The position numbers and the translations under genes are program-made. From positions 1 through 44,092 of the forward strand of contig JAHLWZ010000133.1 of assembly GCA_020536535.1 (NCBI GenBank): a DNA stretch of 44,092 nt, in the 5' to 3' direction. The notes under the pieces were generated by a model. It was not told the origin of the DNA and ran no database searches. It saw only the letters and a list, made by a program, of their open reading frames with translations. Origin of the DNA: Pelomyxa schiedti. Taxonomy: Eukaryota; Protista; Evosea. Shown in pieces: positions 22,717 to 35,332 of the stretch. Numbering within the stretch: position 1 is the first letter of the stretch; each line of letters opens with the position of its first letter.

Positions 22717-25700
22717 ATGAAAGGGACAGGCCCTCACGTTTTCGAGAGCCTGTTCACTTTCCACTTGGTTTTGAAAGGTGAGCCCAACCCTTCACTCCTC
22801 TAAATCCAATCAACGCCCACCAACATCGCACACCTGTTTACAGATGGGAAATACCGATCCACTCTGGCCCACAGATTCCCAGCGGTAACCACAGGGACCG
22901 GGAGCGAAGGCAAAGAGAAAGACGAGGGCGGGGCGTCGTCGCCGGCAGCCGTGGAGAGATTCTGCTTCCCAGAGGAGGACTACGTTGCCGAGCCAGGGGG
23001 AGGCGTCTCTCCCCTCGTCGAATCCGGCAGCCTCATCTTCAATGCCGAGCCTACTGATGGTTCGTCCGATGCCACCAGTGGGAGTGGGACTGGCAGTGCC
23101 AATTCTTGTGAGACATCTCCTGCCGCCAAACCAAGTGCGAGTAGCAGTTCAAGTGCCATTGGGAGTGTTAGTGCATTAAGGGGAAGGGTGGAGAATTTCG
23201 GGTTTGTGATGACGGCTTCTGATGGTTCCAAGAGGTTTGGATACTGCAGGAGGATACTTTCTGCTTCGCCACCTGTTTGTTGGTGCATGCTGACTGATGT
23301 GTATTTTTCCCGTTCTTGATTCGATTGTCATGACCTTTCACTCAGGTCATCACCATATATGTTTTCTACCATTCTGGAACACGTGGACAGTATCACCAAA
23401 AAGTCACTTGCCGATTTGACCTCGTTTTTAACTGTATCAAATCGTAATTTTGATAAGCTTGGCAGTAACCCAAAAAACGCAAAATGTTACAGATTCTGCA
23501 ATCAACAGCATGCCCTGAGCCAGGCGAAACCCTTTCTTTCAAGGTTCCGTCTGCTGCACCACCTAAAAAAATTGAAGAATATTCGATACTCAGACCACTA
23601 ATGTTGAGAAAATTCATGCCCGATAGTGCAAATTTCCCTACCTTGGACTATGTATGATAGGGGTCTTTTTTGCCTTTTCCTCACGTTTATCTTCACTGGC
23701 TTTGTGAAGGTCTCTCTATTCACTCTTGCCACAAAATTGAACGTTTCAACAATTGTGAAAACTTGGGGTTGGCTATTATGTGAGAGACGTATTGTCATCA
23801 CTGCCAGTAATTTGGAGGAGTTAAGCGAATGCGTTTGTGCATTTTGCACGTTGCTGTATCCATTTGCTTGGCAGGTATTGTAAGAACATAAGTTATATGC
23901 TGATAGCAAATAGCACGTTTTTATACCTATCTTACCAAAATCTTTAATTGGCTATATGAGTGCACCCATGCCCTTTTTAATTGGGTGTTTGCATTCTGCT
24001 ATTATCGCAGTCAACAAAACAGGTATACCCCTTGAAGAGGTATGAGGACAACAACAATTTTTTGATGGAACAACACGTTGCATAGGTTTTTCTTTTGGAT
24101 CTGGATAGTGGCACATTCCTCCAAAAAGCTCCTTTTCCAGATGTCCTTCCCCGAAAACCAAGTGCAAGACTAAGAAATTGTCTTGGGACACTCCTAAGTC
24201 TTATCCCCCGCAATAATGCCTGCAAATGTATTTTGAGTATTTTTGGTGAACTCAGTTAATTTCTGTATAGTGTCCCCGGAAAACAAAGAAATTGATGGCT
24301 GGGTTTCTGCTGCCTTCATACACTTCTTTAGAAGCCTATTCAGGAACTACAATAAATTCATTTCGGCCGATCCAAATATAGCTAGAACAAAACGAAACCC
24401 CAAGGCATTTAATTTTGATACTAGAGGCTTTATCCTTGCACACAAAGGAGATGAGCAAACAGTAAATGCTACTTATACTCCTCCTTTGTGACTAGATATC
24501 TAGTTCCTTGAAGCGTTTGAGGGGTCCCAAATATTTTGGATGTTCATCAACAACCAGGAGGACTTCGTTGTACAGGGGGGTGATGTACTGAGTTCCTGCG
24601 TTCTATTGCAGAAATCTGATATGGAACCTGTATTCCGTGATATAAATTTCTTCACCAAGTACACTAAAACTCCAATAAGTTGTACTAATTATATAAGAAC
24701 TACCTCCTTGAAGTGTTTCCAATGTGGCTGGCCTCTGAAAATTGGACAGCCGTGCTCTTCTGTGACTTTCGACACTGTTGTTTACTTTCACACAAAGGTT
24801 TCTTCTATCAAACAACCTGAATATAAACACTCCACCCTGCAGTGTCTTTCTTGTAACATATGCGTATCCCTGACAGAGGGAGAGGCTTTCTCTACCAAAA
24901 ATAATGTAATCACATGTATGGACTGTGTAAAGAACCCTTCTGGCGATGTGTATGATAGGCATAGGCATGGTTGTTAGAAATTCTAAAAATGAAAGTTTTT
25001 ACAGCCTCAAGGATGGAAAAACAACCTGCTCGCTAACTTGGCAGCCACTGCTAATGATGGCTCACATCGTGCTGAAGCAGTGTACTCTCAATTTAAGCTA
25101 AAAACGAAACCTCTCTCAAAGACAATAAATGTTCTCAAGAAGATGAGGGATGATGGTAATTCACATTCCGACGATGAAGCTCCCCCACCTATGGAGGTGC
25201 AACTTCTCTATTTGATTTTTACAAAATAAGACTCAAGCTCATTAGATATCGGCTCCAATTCTCATTGAGCACAAAGGTTTTGTGTCCTGGCCAATTTTCG
25301 GTTAACAGATTCATAGAATTTTACTTTGACATGGAACACTCTCTATCAGACAGCGAAGAACCAGGTGGAGTAAAAATGGAAATCCTGCCCACCTCTAATC
25401 TCATATTATAGAGAGGTCAAAGTCCTACGACGCTCTTGAAAAACCACGCAAATTAGTCTCTTTTGCACAACTATCCTCTTCGCCAACAACGGATGGCACT
25501 CTGGACCACCAGCCAGGGAGTCTACCTACCACTTCACACACACTGCATCAACAGTTACAAATACAATTACATCGCCAGCATATGAAAAAAATGAACGAAG
25601 ACAGCGTTTCTGACAACCCGACTGTTCAACCGTATCAGCTTCATCAACGTGCAGCTACCCTACGCCCTCTGCGGCCACCTCAAACCACCACTTCTGCACA

Positions 25701-25911
25701 ATCATCACTTAAACCTACACCAATTTTGCCAGCACAAAAAGTAGACACCACATCACCAATTTCTACGCCAGCCCCCAAAAATCCACCACCCAGGCTACCA
25801 TCCACTTCCATAAAGACTTCAACATCAGCACTATACACAGCACCCTCGTTCGCCCCTCCTGCACCTCCACCGCCCCCACCACCCCGGAATACTGCCAAGC
25901 AGCGGGACTTA
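22717..25911 (+). CDS. DENN-domain protein (putative Rab GEF) with a LIM domain and proline-rich tail; interrupted at 25911
   Basis: uDENN (VERFCFP, FGFVMTASDGSKRFGYCRR), cDENN (LLCERRIVITAS..LLYPFAWQHVFIPILP..APMPFLIG), dDENN (AFIHFFRSLF..FDTRGF..SQIFWMFI), spliced LIM CFQC..HTKCLSCNIC..CMDC. Confidence 0.9.
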
Positions 25912-26635
25912 GGATTTGGAAGAGGGGGGAGGGAGGGGTCTCTTGGGCACAGGGGGCAGAGGCTGCGAGGGAATTGGCGGTGGTGTGGTTGTTGGCGGCG
26001 GTGTGCTTTTGGGTGGAAGAGAAGGTGCAGTTGCCGGTGAGGTGTTTGGTTGGTGTTGTTTTGGAGGTAGCGGGGGGCGGGGGGTGGGCGTTTGTCGTGG
26101 CCCGCGGGGGCGGCGGCGGAGGGGGCATTGATAGTCCCGTCCCGCTGGCGCTGGCATTCGATGTGAGGGAGTGCGAGTGAGGCTGGGGGGGTTGATGGGT
26201 GGCCGGCGGCGGGGGTGGGGGCGGGGGAGCGGGGTGTGAGGGAGAAGCTGAGGCGGAAGGCGTGGCGAGTGTGGGTGATGGGGACGGGTGCAGTGCGGAG
26301 TCTGGGGGCCGCGGGGGCGGGGGCTGCGGAGGTAGTGCCCGTGTGGTTGGGGGCACCTGTGCTGGGCGAGTTTGTTGCGTTCTTGGAGGAACGGGTGGCT
26401 GGGCGGTGGCGGTGTGTGTATGGCGGGGCGGGAATGTGGCCGAGTTAAAGTCGGGGTGGATGTTTTGTGGGGGTACTAGTGGTTGGTTTGGTCTTGGGGG
26501 TGGCGGGGGCAGTGGTAAGTCCCGCTGCTTGGCAGTATTCCGGGGTGGTGGGGGCGGTGGAGGTGCAGGAGGGGCGAACGAGGGTGCTGTGTATAGTGCT
26601 GATGTTGAAGTCTTTATGGAAGTGGATGGTAGCCT
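25912..26635 (-). other. Inverted continuation of the DENN gene proline-rich exon, with a 120-bp inverted duplication of 25792-25911
   Basis: The reverse complement of 26516-26635 equals 25792-25911. The minus strand continues ..RNTAKQRDL into PLPPPPPRPNQ.. without a stop. Confidence 0.9.
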
Positions 26636-26735
26636 NNNNNNNNNNNNNNNNNNNNNNNNNNNNNNNNNNNNNNNNNNNNNNNNNNNNNNNNNNNNNNNNN
26701 NNNNNNNNNNNNNNNNNNNNNNNNNNNNNNNNNNN
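26636..26735. other. 100-N scaffold gap
   Basis: Run of exactly 100 N. Confidence 1.
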
Positions 26736-27158
26736 CTGTAGGATAGATGTTTTTCGGCAGATGTCAAACCCTACTTCAGACCACTTTATGTTTCTGAGGT
26801 TTTTTTTTTTTTTTTTTTTTTTTTGGACGATCTTCATCAAATTGTATATGCATGAGAATAACGTGTCTATGTACTATAGGTGCTCGGAACAAGGAGTTAT
26901 AATTCAGGAGAAAACTCTAGATGTACTGACTTTTTGTATTCTTATCTTTATTCCTTCCCTACTGCTTGACTGTTACTGATTTCTATCTTCCCACCACAGG
27001 AGCTGAAACCACTCCTGCTTCCGCTATCACCTTCTGTACGTATAAATCTCCTGGATATCCTACCCCAGGGGGGTGTAAACAAAATTCTACCACTGCTGCC
27101 CCAAGAAGAGCAACAGCTGTACCTTAAAAACACCAAAGACCTACAAATGTTTGCATGA
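26736..27158 (+). CDS. 3' portion of the myristoylated protein begun at 901 (duplicate of 1290-1366, then exons 26880-26922 and 27000-27158)
   Basis: Starts with the sequence of 1290-1366. GT-AG splicing gives ..FMFLR-CSEQGVIIQEKTLD-ELKPLLLPLSPSVRINLLDILPQGGVNKILPLLPQEEQQLYLKNTKDLQMFA-stop. Confidence 0.75.
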
Positions 27159-27597
27159 ATGTGAATATGCTGTCAGTGCCCCTCCCCACCATGCTTGCCG
27201 ATCGAGCACACCCATCCTTATCTGTCCATCCACCCACTCCTTTCACCTGTAATAACTCCTCCCTCCCACACCCACTAGACCAGAGCTCTTTCTTCATACC
27301 CCTTTCTTTCACTTTTGAAACAAAATTTGAAATCCCTTCCCGTAAACGGGGTTGTAGAAGAGTTTTCTCGGCTACACAGAAAAACCACGAAAACAAACCC
27401 CGAACACCAAGTACGCGACCTTCCATCGTCTAAAAGACCGTCCGTCCCACATCGCAGAAGCTATACATCTACTAGGCCCCCCCACAACAACCAACAGACA
27501 CAACCGAAAAAAACCAAGCTACAGTGCACAAGAAACCCAGCAATACAACAACTACAAGCGGACGCAACAACCAAAACCTTCACGTTGGTAGTCGGGA

Positions 27598-27876
27598 ATG
27601 ATGGCAGCGTCGGGTCTGTCTCTGCCCCCTGGGTGGAACTTGATAGACGAACTGAGGGGCGTGTGGAGTCGCGAGCTGGTCGATCTCCCTGTGGCCATCG
27701 ACCTGCCTCGCCTGGCTGGCCGCATCGTCGTGGGAGTCTACGATGCTTCCACTAAGGCGATTGACGGCTACGACGACGACGAGGACATTACTCCTCCCCC
27801 GCCGCCCCGCTCGAAGCACCACCGTCGCAAGGCCAGCCAGCAAGTAGATGTCCTTAAACGGGAGGAGCTGGCCGCC

Positions 27877-27908
<32 letters not shown>

Positions 27909-29683
27909 GCGGGAGGAGGGGTACCAAGTGGCTACGGACAAAGGCAGTGACGGCCAGACGAATGGTCTGGGGGGGGAAGGTCACAGCAAAGTGCGCGAGG
28001 ATGAGAACGAGGCCGCTGCGGGAGCGGGAGCGGTGGGAGGGGGGGAAGGAGAAGCGGGGGAAGGGGAAGGGGGAGAGACAGCAGCAACACCACGGAGCAG
28101 GGGGAAGGGGAAGAGGCGGTCCAGGAGAAAGAAGGCGGCACTCGCACAGAGCAGCTTACTGCAAGAAGACGCCGGTAATGTCAAGAAGGAGCCAGAGGGG
28201 GAGACTGTTGCCAAGGAACCAGAGGAGAAAGAGGAGAGAGAAAAAGAGGTGGAAAGGGAGAAGGAGGGGGAACTGGATAGGGTGAAGGAGATGGAGAAAG
28301 AAAAGGAACCCACCAAGGCAAGTGAAATGGTTACTCAGAGAGAACCTGAAATGACCAATGTGAAAGAGGTCATTGCCACCTCTCAAGAGGAAAAAGAGAC
28401 CGCGAAGGAATCCACCCCAAGGGATATTACTGACGGATCAACGGATGGAACAAACGATCCAGTAATGGAAGGGGAAGTTAAAACTACCAAAAAGCACAGA
28501 CACCGCCATAGGCACGCTCGCATAAAGAGAGATTCCAACGAAAATACTACAGAGCCGTTTGTTGAGGCACAAGGTGACGACACTCCGCGTAGTGAGACTG
28601 GGGGTTCTGAACCTCAGCCTTTATCTGATAGCGTCCTTTCTACTAGCCTTGACTCTAGCACGGGACCTGCAGACAAATCTAATGTTAGTACTCCTTTCTG
28701 CGCTGATAGTGGCAAGCTTGTTGTTATTGATAATGATGAATTTGATTATGCCGAAGAGCCTGTACCATCATCAGAAACTACTACCACAACCACTGTTGCC
28801 AAAGAGGTCACCACAGTTGTTCCCAGTGTAGTGGGTGTCTCAATTTCCACTACCGAAGTGCTTACAACCCCAACCACAACTCCCAAACTATCTTCATCTT
28901 CGACGCCAACTGAAGTTGAAACATTGTCATCTTCAGCTACTTCCACTAGTACCTCAAACCAAGATGATTCGAATGATATACGACAAACCGTTGTAGCGGT
29001 TGTGAGTTTCTTAGAGGGGAAGACTGCTGTACTATTTCAACATACACAAACAAATCTAATGTGAAAATCAGGTTGAAAAATGCGAAAAATTCTTTGCAAA
29101 TGTTGAGAAAGGCCTACAGGATAAATCTGGAATTTGTGCAGAACTGTTTCAGGAAGTTTTGGGTGCTACGAGGTTCCTGCCTCCTATTTTCATTTTTGTT
29201 TTTGACTTTCTGTAAGCAAAACTGCGCGAGTATTCAAGGCAATTCATCAAAATATTATATTTATTGGTGAGTTTCCATCCTCTTATGGTATACTTTAAAT
29301 GGATATACGATTAGGAGTTTATGCACTGAGAGCACAATTACACAATTTACCTCTGACCAAAGATGTACGTGGGAAAGAAGGATGGCGTGTTCATGTAGGA
29401 TTAAACAACCAAGTGATAACTGTAAACCACACACGCCGGGAAGCATCATGCGACGCAAACAACAAGTATATTCCAATCTTTCAAAAATAACAACAACAAA
29501 ATCCACCCATACTGCAGGTTTTGGTTTGAGTGGGTTCTTACAATTACCTTTGATGGTAACATGTCCGATATCCAGGCTGCAACCCTCAGGGTGAATAGAT
29601 TGGAATTCCAGACTCCCATCACTGTGCAAGTGATGGAGAAAGTTCGTGCAGCTCTCTGCGGTGGTTCCCTTTTAATATCTTGA
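27598..29683 (+). CDS. Hypothetical protein with a long acidic low-complexity region and a C-terminal domain resembling the Dictyostelium GlfB-like C-terminal domain
   Basis: 488-aa ORF, then spliced VFKAIHQNIIFI..TKDVRGKEGWRVHV..VNHTRRE..FWFEWVLTITFD..ATLRV; stop at 29683. The family call is from memory of the motif. Confidence 0.6.
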
Positions 29684-29982
29684 TACCTTTATTCGTACTA
29701 GTGTAAAAAAAAAAAAAATTTACAACAAACACCATACCCCGGCACCGTTTTTCATCTACAATCGTAGGCGAAAAACCAAAACAAAAGAAAAAAAAAAACA
29801 GGCGAGTGGTAACCCACTACGATCTGCACCGACGACAAGTCAGTGGTGTAATAGGCGGATAGTGTTGTGAGGGGCGCGTGTTGTGACCACAGTGGTTTTT
29901 GAGGCGACGTGACGCTATCTGAGTGTTGAGAAAAATCGAAACCAACACCAACAAGGGCGTGCTAATACAACACACCGGCGTG

Positions 29983-30787
29983 ATGTCGGCGTACAATAAC
30001 GGGGGTCATTGTGGTACGGTGGTGGTGGAGCAAGAGCAAATGTATGAATTGGACGGGCACGGCGAGCAGCCGCTGCACAATTCCACGTCCTCGCCCCGGT
30101 TGAGGAAGATCACTTTACTCTTTCAGGTCTGTTCTTTCTATTGGTTTTCAAGTCATGAACTGCTTTTAATTCGATTACTTCAGGAATCTGTTACGAGTAA
30201 TATCACGGAGCTGTCCCTCGTAGGCTGTGATATGAAGTCCACTACATTTCTACAATTCATCACACACAATCATACACAACTTCTTGATAATGGGCAAGTA
30301 CCTAGTATGCATCACCGCCACCAGCTACCAGAACACTTGAGAGTGTGTCCTTTTTTATTTTATGCTCCTCTCACCCAGAGTAGCTATTCCTACGAGGATA
30401 TGAAATCGACCCAAATTCGAAACTTTGTGATCACGGCGTACTGTACGCAATCTCCCTTCCATTCCATTTTCAAATATAAACCTAGTGATGGTTGTATCAT
30501 TATTTACACTCTGAGACGAGCTAATAGCGATACCATAAGTACACATTTACAAACCATATTCAATGTACTGTGTATCTCAGGTATTCCTTTCACGCCTCAC
30601 ATCCATTCTTATAGTTATCGCCAGGATTAGTGCTTTTCGGCATAATGATTCTGAGCCTATATTATCCCAGATATTTCACACACTTCACCAACGTTGTGCT
30701 GTTCGTCTTTGCCATACTGTGGCTCATCGCCGCACTTTTCTACGGTCTTTCCACCTATCTGTGAACCACAACGAGCACATGCCTTGA
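29983..30787 (+). CDS. Hypothetical protein
   Basis: ATG at 29983 downstream of A-rich intergenic DNA, ORF with intron-like breaks; no recognised motif; end approximate. Confidence 0.4.
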
Positions 30788-30875
30788 TCTCCCCACTTTT
30801 CGGCAGTTGCATCTGTAGTTAAAAAAAAAAATAAGACTTATTTTTCAACAAATACAATAAGTTGGGGTGGTGCCG

Positions 30876-32010
30876 ATGGACCGCGGCACGTGCTTCGGTC
30901 CGCTCCTCTGTGGGTCGTGGTTGTAACTTTCTTTACTACATCGGCTGATACACTGACGAGTGGCCAGCAGGTTGTGGGGAGTGACCACACATACTGTCAG
31001 TTCAGTGTCTGCCTTGGGGACTCCCCGTGTTGTGGTGGAGATACCAACAAAGTACCCCATCGTGCTTTGTCATGGTGTGCCTTGTTTTTTGCTCTTTTCC
31101 GTCGTCAATTGTCCGGCTTTGCTTACAGAGGAATAGGGATTGTTAATAGTACAAGTTTTCATGGAGTGCAAGAGTATCTGCAACAGAGGGGCTATGTAGT
31201 CTATAAAACGGCGGTGGGGGTCTAAAAGCAACACAACTGCTCTAAGTCTTTTAGGTGAAATCCTTTGGAAGTATTGCGCACAGAAGTGAGCAGTTGGTTT
31301 CACAACTCCGGGATATTTGTGCAAAGTCTTCCTGTGGCAAAGTCAATCTGATTGCACACAGTATGGGAGGACTGGATGGTCAGTTTCTTGCTTTTTTTTA
31401 TGTAGCAAACACCAAGATATCAAGGGCGTTATGCTATCTCACATCTTGGGGCTGAAGTATATGTTGCATCATTGACTACGGTAGCTACACCCCATCGGGG
31501 GTCTGCTCTGGCAGATAGGTTTAAAGCCAATTAATTAGTGCTTGAATCGTTGATTGCATCCCTAGGTTGTGGAGAACTAGATTCTTCAATAAAATTCCTG
31601 CAATCCAAGACCTCACGACAAGTCACATGATTAATTCCTTTAATCCATCCACTCCGGATAGCCCAAATGTCCATTACTTTTCAGTTGCCGGATCTACAGA
31701 CATTCCCCTCACAAACTGGATGAAATATCCTGCAACAGTTCTCTTCAAAGAAGAAGGTCCCAATGATGGTTAGTTACTTATATAGTTTCATAACTCTCTT
31801 ACGTAACCCAAGGTCTGGTCAGTGTGGAATCTGCCAAGTGGGGAGACATCATCAATACTGTCCCTCTCAATCACTGTGAACAAGTCAATGCAATGTGTTT
31901 GTAAGAGTTCTTGATCTCTCCAAGTAACCTCAACAAATTGTAGGAACCCTCAAAGTGCTGCCTTTTTTTACCTAGAGTTGGCCCGAAACCTGTTTAGGCA
32001 TGGCCTATAA
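30876..32010 (+). CDS. Triacylglycerol lipase, alpha/beta hydrolase (Tgl2/lipase-2-like)
   Basis: TKYPIVLCHGL, KVNLIAHSMGGLD, SLTTVATPHRGSALAD, FNPSTPDSPNVHYFSVAG, GPNDGLVSVESAKWG; stop at 32010. Confidence 0.9.
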
Positions 32011-32805
32011 AGAGACTCGCTGAAGAAAACCAACAGAAACATGGTACTCAATACCCCGGTCACATTGCCTCCAAAAAGTGATCGATCACAGAAAAGTGTG
32101 GCAAAGATTTTTTTACTGGACGGGATTCGGGAGTTTGATTGATGTTGGATGAGGTTTGCATTGTCCATAGTTGCTGGAATTGCATCAATTGGCAGTGGTG
32201 AAAGGCTTGACGTGACCATTGTTGTCAAAGGTGTGGGGTTAAAGCTGGTGTCCATCACGTTCCTTGTTGGTCGTGAGGTAATAGTGGCTGCAAATGGGTT
32301 CTACAGGAGCTTCCACATCATATACTACTCTCAATGGCACTAAGTAGTTCTTGTAAATTTTCTGCTGCAAGTAGGAAGACTGTTCTGTGGACCGTTAGGG
32401 CAGTGTTCAGATAACCAGGTTGTCATTTTTACTTGAATATTTTTGGCTGCGTTCCTTCTCTGTGTTTCAAAATGTGTTACTTCAAGAGAAAGCATCGTAT
32501 ACCAGCCGAAACTGGCTCCAATTACAGGGACTTGTTTGAGAATGGATACTGTGGATTCAGCTATCTTCAAGGTATTCATCTCCCGTGAGGTAGCCTGTCA
32601 TTGACTTTCCGATTGAATTTAAGTACAAACTTTTGCCGCAGTAGCAGCACCCCTTACAGAGATCAATGTAAGTGTTTTTGCTCAGTGTGTCCAGCAAACT
32701 GTGGAGCCTCACGGGATCAATCTCACCGAAGGTACGCGGCACACCACTAACTGTTATTTGTTTCAGGTCCGTGGCAACAGAGTGTTCCTTTGCTTTGTTC
32801 ACCAA
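31968..32805 (-). CDS. Hypothetical protein (exon structure unresolved)
   Basis: Series of minus-strand ORF segments (32557-32805, 32340-32579, 31968-32258); no recognised motif. Confidence 0.35.
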
Positions 32806-33119
32806 GACGGAAACTTATCTTTAAAAGTGCACATTTGTTTCCATGAATCAATCGTGTTCGATTCCTGATCGTTAAGAAGGGAGTTTCCTGACTTAACTAC
32901 CTTCTTTCGAGTCCCACAGATTCTTAGAGTAACCTCTCGTTCAAGCATTCTATGACAGTGGCGAAAAAGCCTCAGTCTGTGCCCGAAGACGCCAGATCTC
33001 TAGATCCACTGTAAAAGGCGAAAGCACAGTGAAAACCCTTGAGGGAAGAGAAAATAGCCTTCTGTGGAAATCCGTTCCAACAAAGCCAAACGAAAACCAC
33101 CTCCACTTCCAAGCCACAC

Positions 33120-34172
33120 ATGTCATCATCACGGACGGCCCTTGATTGGTTTCCAGCAGCTGCCTCCGCCTTCCTCTCGACGAGAGTCAGGCCCCCTCCC
33201 CGGCCCCGCCCAACCTCCCGCCGCACCCTGGTGGCCTCTCCCCGCCCCATCGGCACCCCTTGCTCCTCTTCCACTGGCACGAGTATAAACCAAGCCACTC
33301 TCACGCCCCTGGCTGCTCAGAAGGTAATCAATGGGATCACGGGACAGGCACAGAGCGGAGGCGTGTGCTTGGCTTGGTACCTGGGCCGCCTTGTTCAGTA
33401 CGGAGGGTTCAGTGAGTGCTCTTTGGTAGCGAGCTTGGCTTTGATTGATCGGGTGGTTGACAGAAACCTGGAGTTCGCTGTTACTGATTCAAACGTGCAC
33501 ACTCTTCTTCTGGCCAGGTGGAATTCATTCCTAATACCTATTAACCCAGCCCATACACCTGTACATAACTTAAATGTAAAGTACAAATAGTTGCCTACTT
33601 CTCACCACAATCCCAGTGTACTGGTGGCATCCAAATTTTATGAGGATGAGTTTTATCCTAATTCGTATTATGCTCGGGTGGGTGGAGTCACTCCTGATGA
33701 AATGAACGAACTCGAAATAGCCTTTTTAGTTCTTGTACGATTTGACTTGCTCATCTCAAAACCCTTGTATGACGTCTACTTGTGTGCACTACAGCCACCC
33801 CGAGAAAGTACTTTCCTCCCAACAACTTGGGCTCCACTAATCTGATAAGGAATATCATCCTGTCGACCCACTGTTGCACCTCCTAGACTGCAATATGCTC
33901 CTCCTGAATTTTCCTCCGCGAGTAAGGGCGGAACTGCACAGGACGAGAATGGGATATGCACTGATACCCCTCCCACAGACAAACAGGCACAGAAACCTGA
34001 ACTGTTGGAGAAAATGGCACCAAACAAAGGACTGATAAACGGAACAACCATGAGTTCCAACAAGGAAGCCACTGCACCAAAGTTCCCAGAGCTGGAGAGC
34101 GAGGCAAATTCAACAAATACACCTCCTCCTGAAAGGGAACTCACACACACTACCACACTTACTCAGACATAA
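33120..34172 (+). CDS. PHO80/PREG-like (P/U-type) cyclin
   Basis: YLGRLVQYGGFSECSLVASLALIDR..VTDSNVHTLLLA-SVLVASKFYEDEFYPNSYYARVGGVTPDEMNELEIAFL; Ser/Thr-rich tail; stop at 34172. Confidence 0.9.
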
Positions 34173-34301
34173 ACAAAGCTGGCTCATACCCATAGCCACT
34201 GCACCACGAGGTGTGATGAAGTGGAAGGACGGTATTCCTACTAAGGATCCCAGTGTTCTTATCAATATTGTATTTGTGTTCTCAAGAAATAAAAATGCTC
34301 A

Positions 34302-35332
34302 TTACAGAAGCGGGATACCAATAAACGTTTGTTTCTTATAGTCGGTATACTCTTGGCCAAACATTTTCTGTAATGTCTCTTCCTCAAATCTTTGGATACG
34401 GTTAGTAATAATCAACCAAAACTCACTGTACTTCACACGGGAACGGTAAGTACTCCACATCACAGAAGGGAAAACGATGACAGATATTGGGTTCCCCATT
34501 AAGATACAAAGTCCAACAGTCCACCAGAAGTACCCTGTATAGGAGGGATGTCGTAGGTACCTTTACCCATATTAGAATCAAGAAAGAAAGAAAACAAGAT
34601 TTATGACCGGTAAATTCCGTAGGTAACTAGAGTATGGTCCCTTCTCTGTGTGACTTCAATCATATGATTGAAATTGGGACCCAAAGTGAACATTGCCAGT
34701 GTCCTGACAAGTTGCCCACATACAACCAGAAGTGATCCAACCCAGACAGCAAATCTTCCTTAATTTCATATTGTTTCTTTTGTTTGCACATGAGTAAATG
34801 TGAGATATACCTGGAGCATTTTAGCCACGGAACCATGTACAACTCAGCAATATACTCCAATAGAAGAAGCCCCACACACTTCAAATACACGCCTCGTTTC
34901 CTATAAAATTGGAATGCTGCTAACGTGAGTCATGTGAAAAGTATAGAGGAGGGTGAAGGCAAAAAAAAAAAAAAAAAACACCACACCATACACATCCAGT
35001 TCGGCATTTCTGCACAGAGCAACAAACAGCCACTCTAGTGTATGATAGAGAGCCAGAGCCAACAACCCCAGCCACCACCCAACCCACTCACCCAGTCCAG
35101 TGAATTGGCCACTCACCAGGCATCGTACGACAATGCCGCACACGGATGCCCCCATCACAACCCCCAGGCCCCAGCCGATACAAACGCTGCTCGCTGTTAC
35201 GCTCCACACACTCGCCTTACTGGCTCCCTTCATCAAAAAAATATTTCTTGGGCGCAATGGAGCACAAACAAGACAGACACCACACGGAATTAATCACTCC
35301 CAGTACCTCGGGAAGCCTGGAGTTGGTTGCAT
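34302..35332 (-). CDS. ICMT: Isoprenylcysteine carboxyl methyltransferase (Ste14)
   Basis: MQPTPGFPR-NIFLMKGA.., YHTLEWLFVA, LLEYIAELY, GNPI, RIQRFEEETLQKMFGQEYTDYKKQTFIGIP-stop. Confidence 0.9.

Noticed and set aside
22711-22720. Palindrome TCATCGATGA placing back-to-back ATGs for the two divergent genes
   Set aside because: It would leave no promoter or UTR. The minus-strand peptide begins with translated T-rich sequence, and a 10-bp palindrome is expected by chance.
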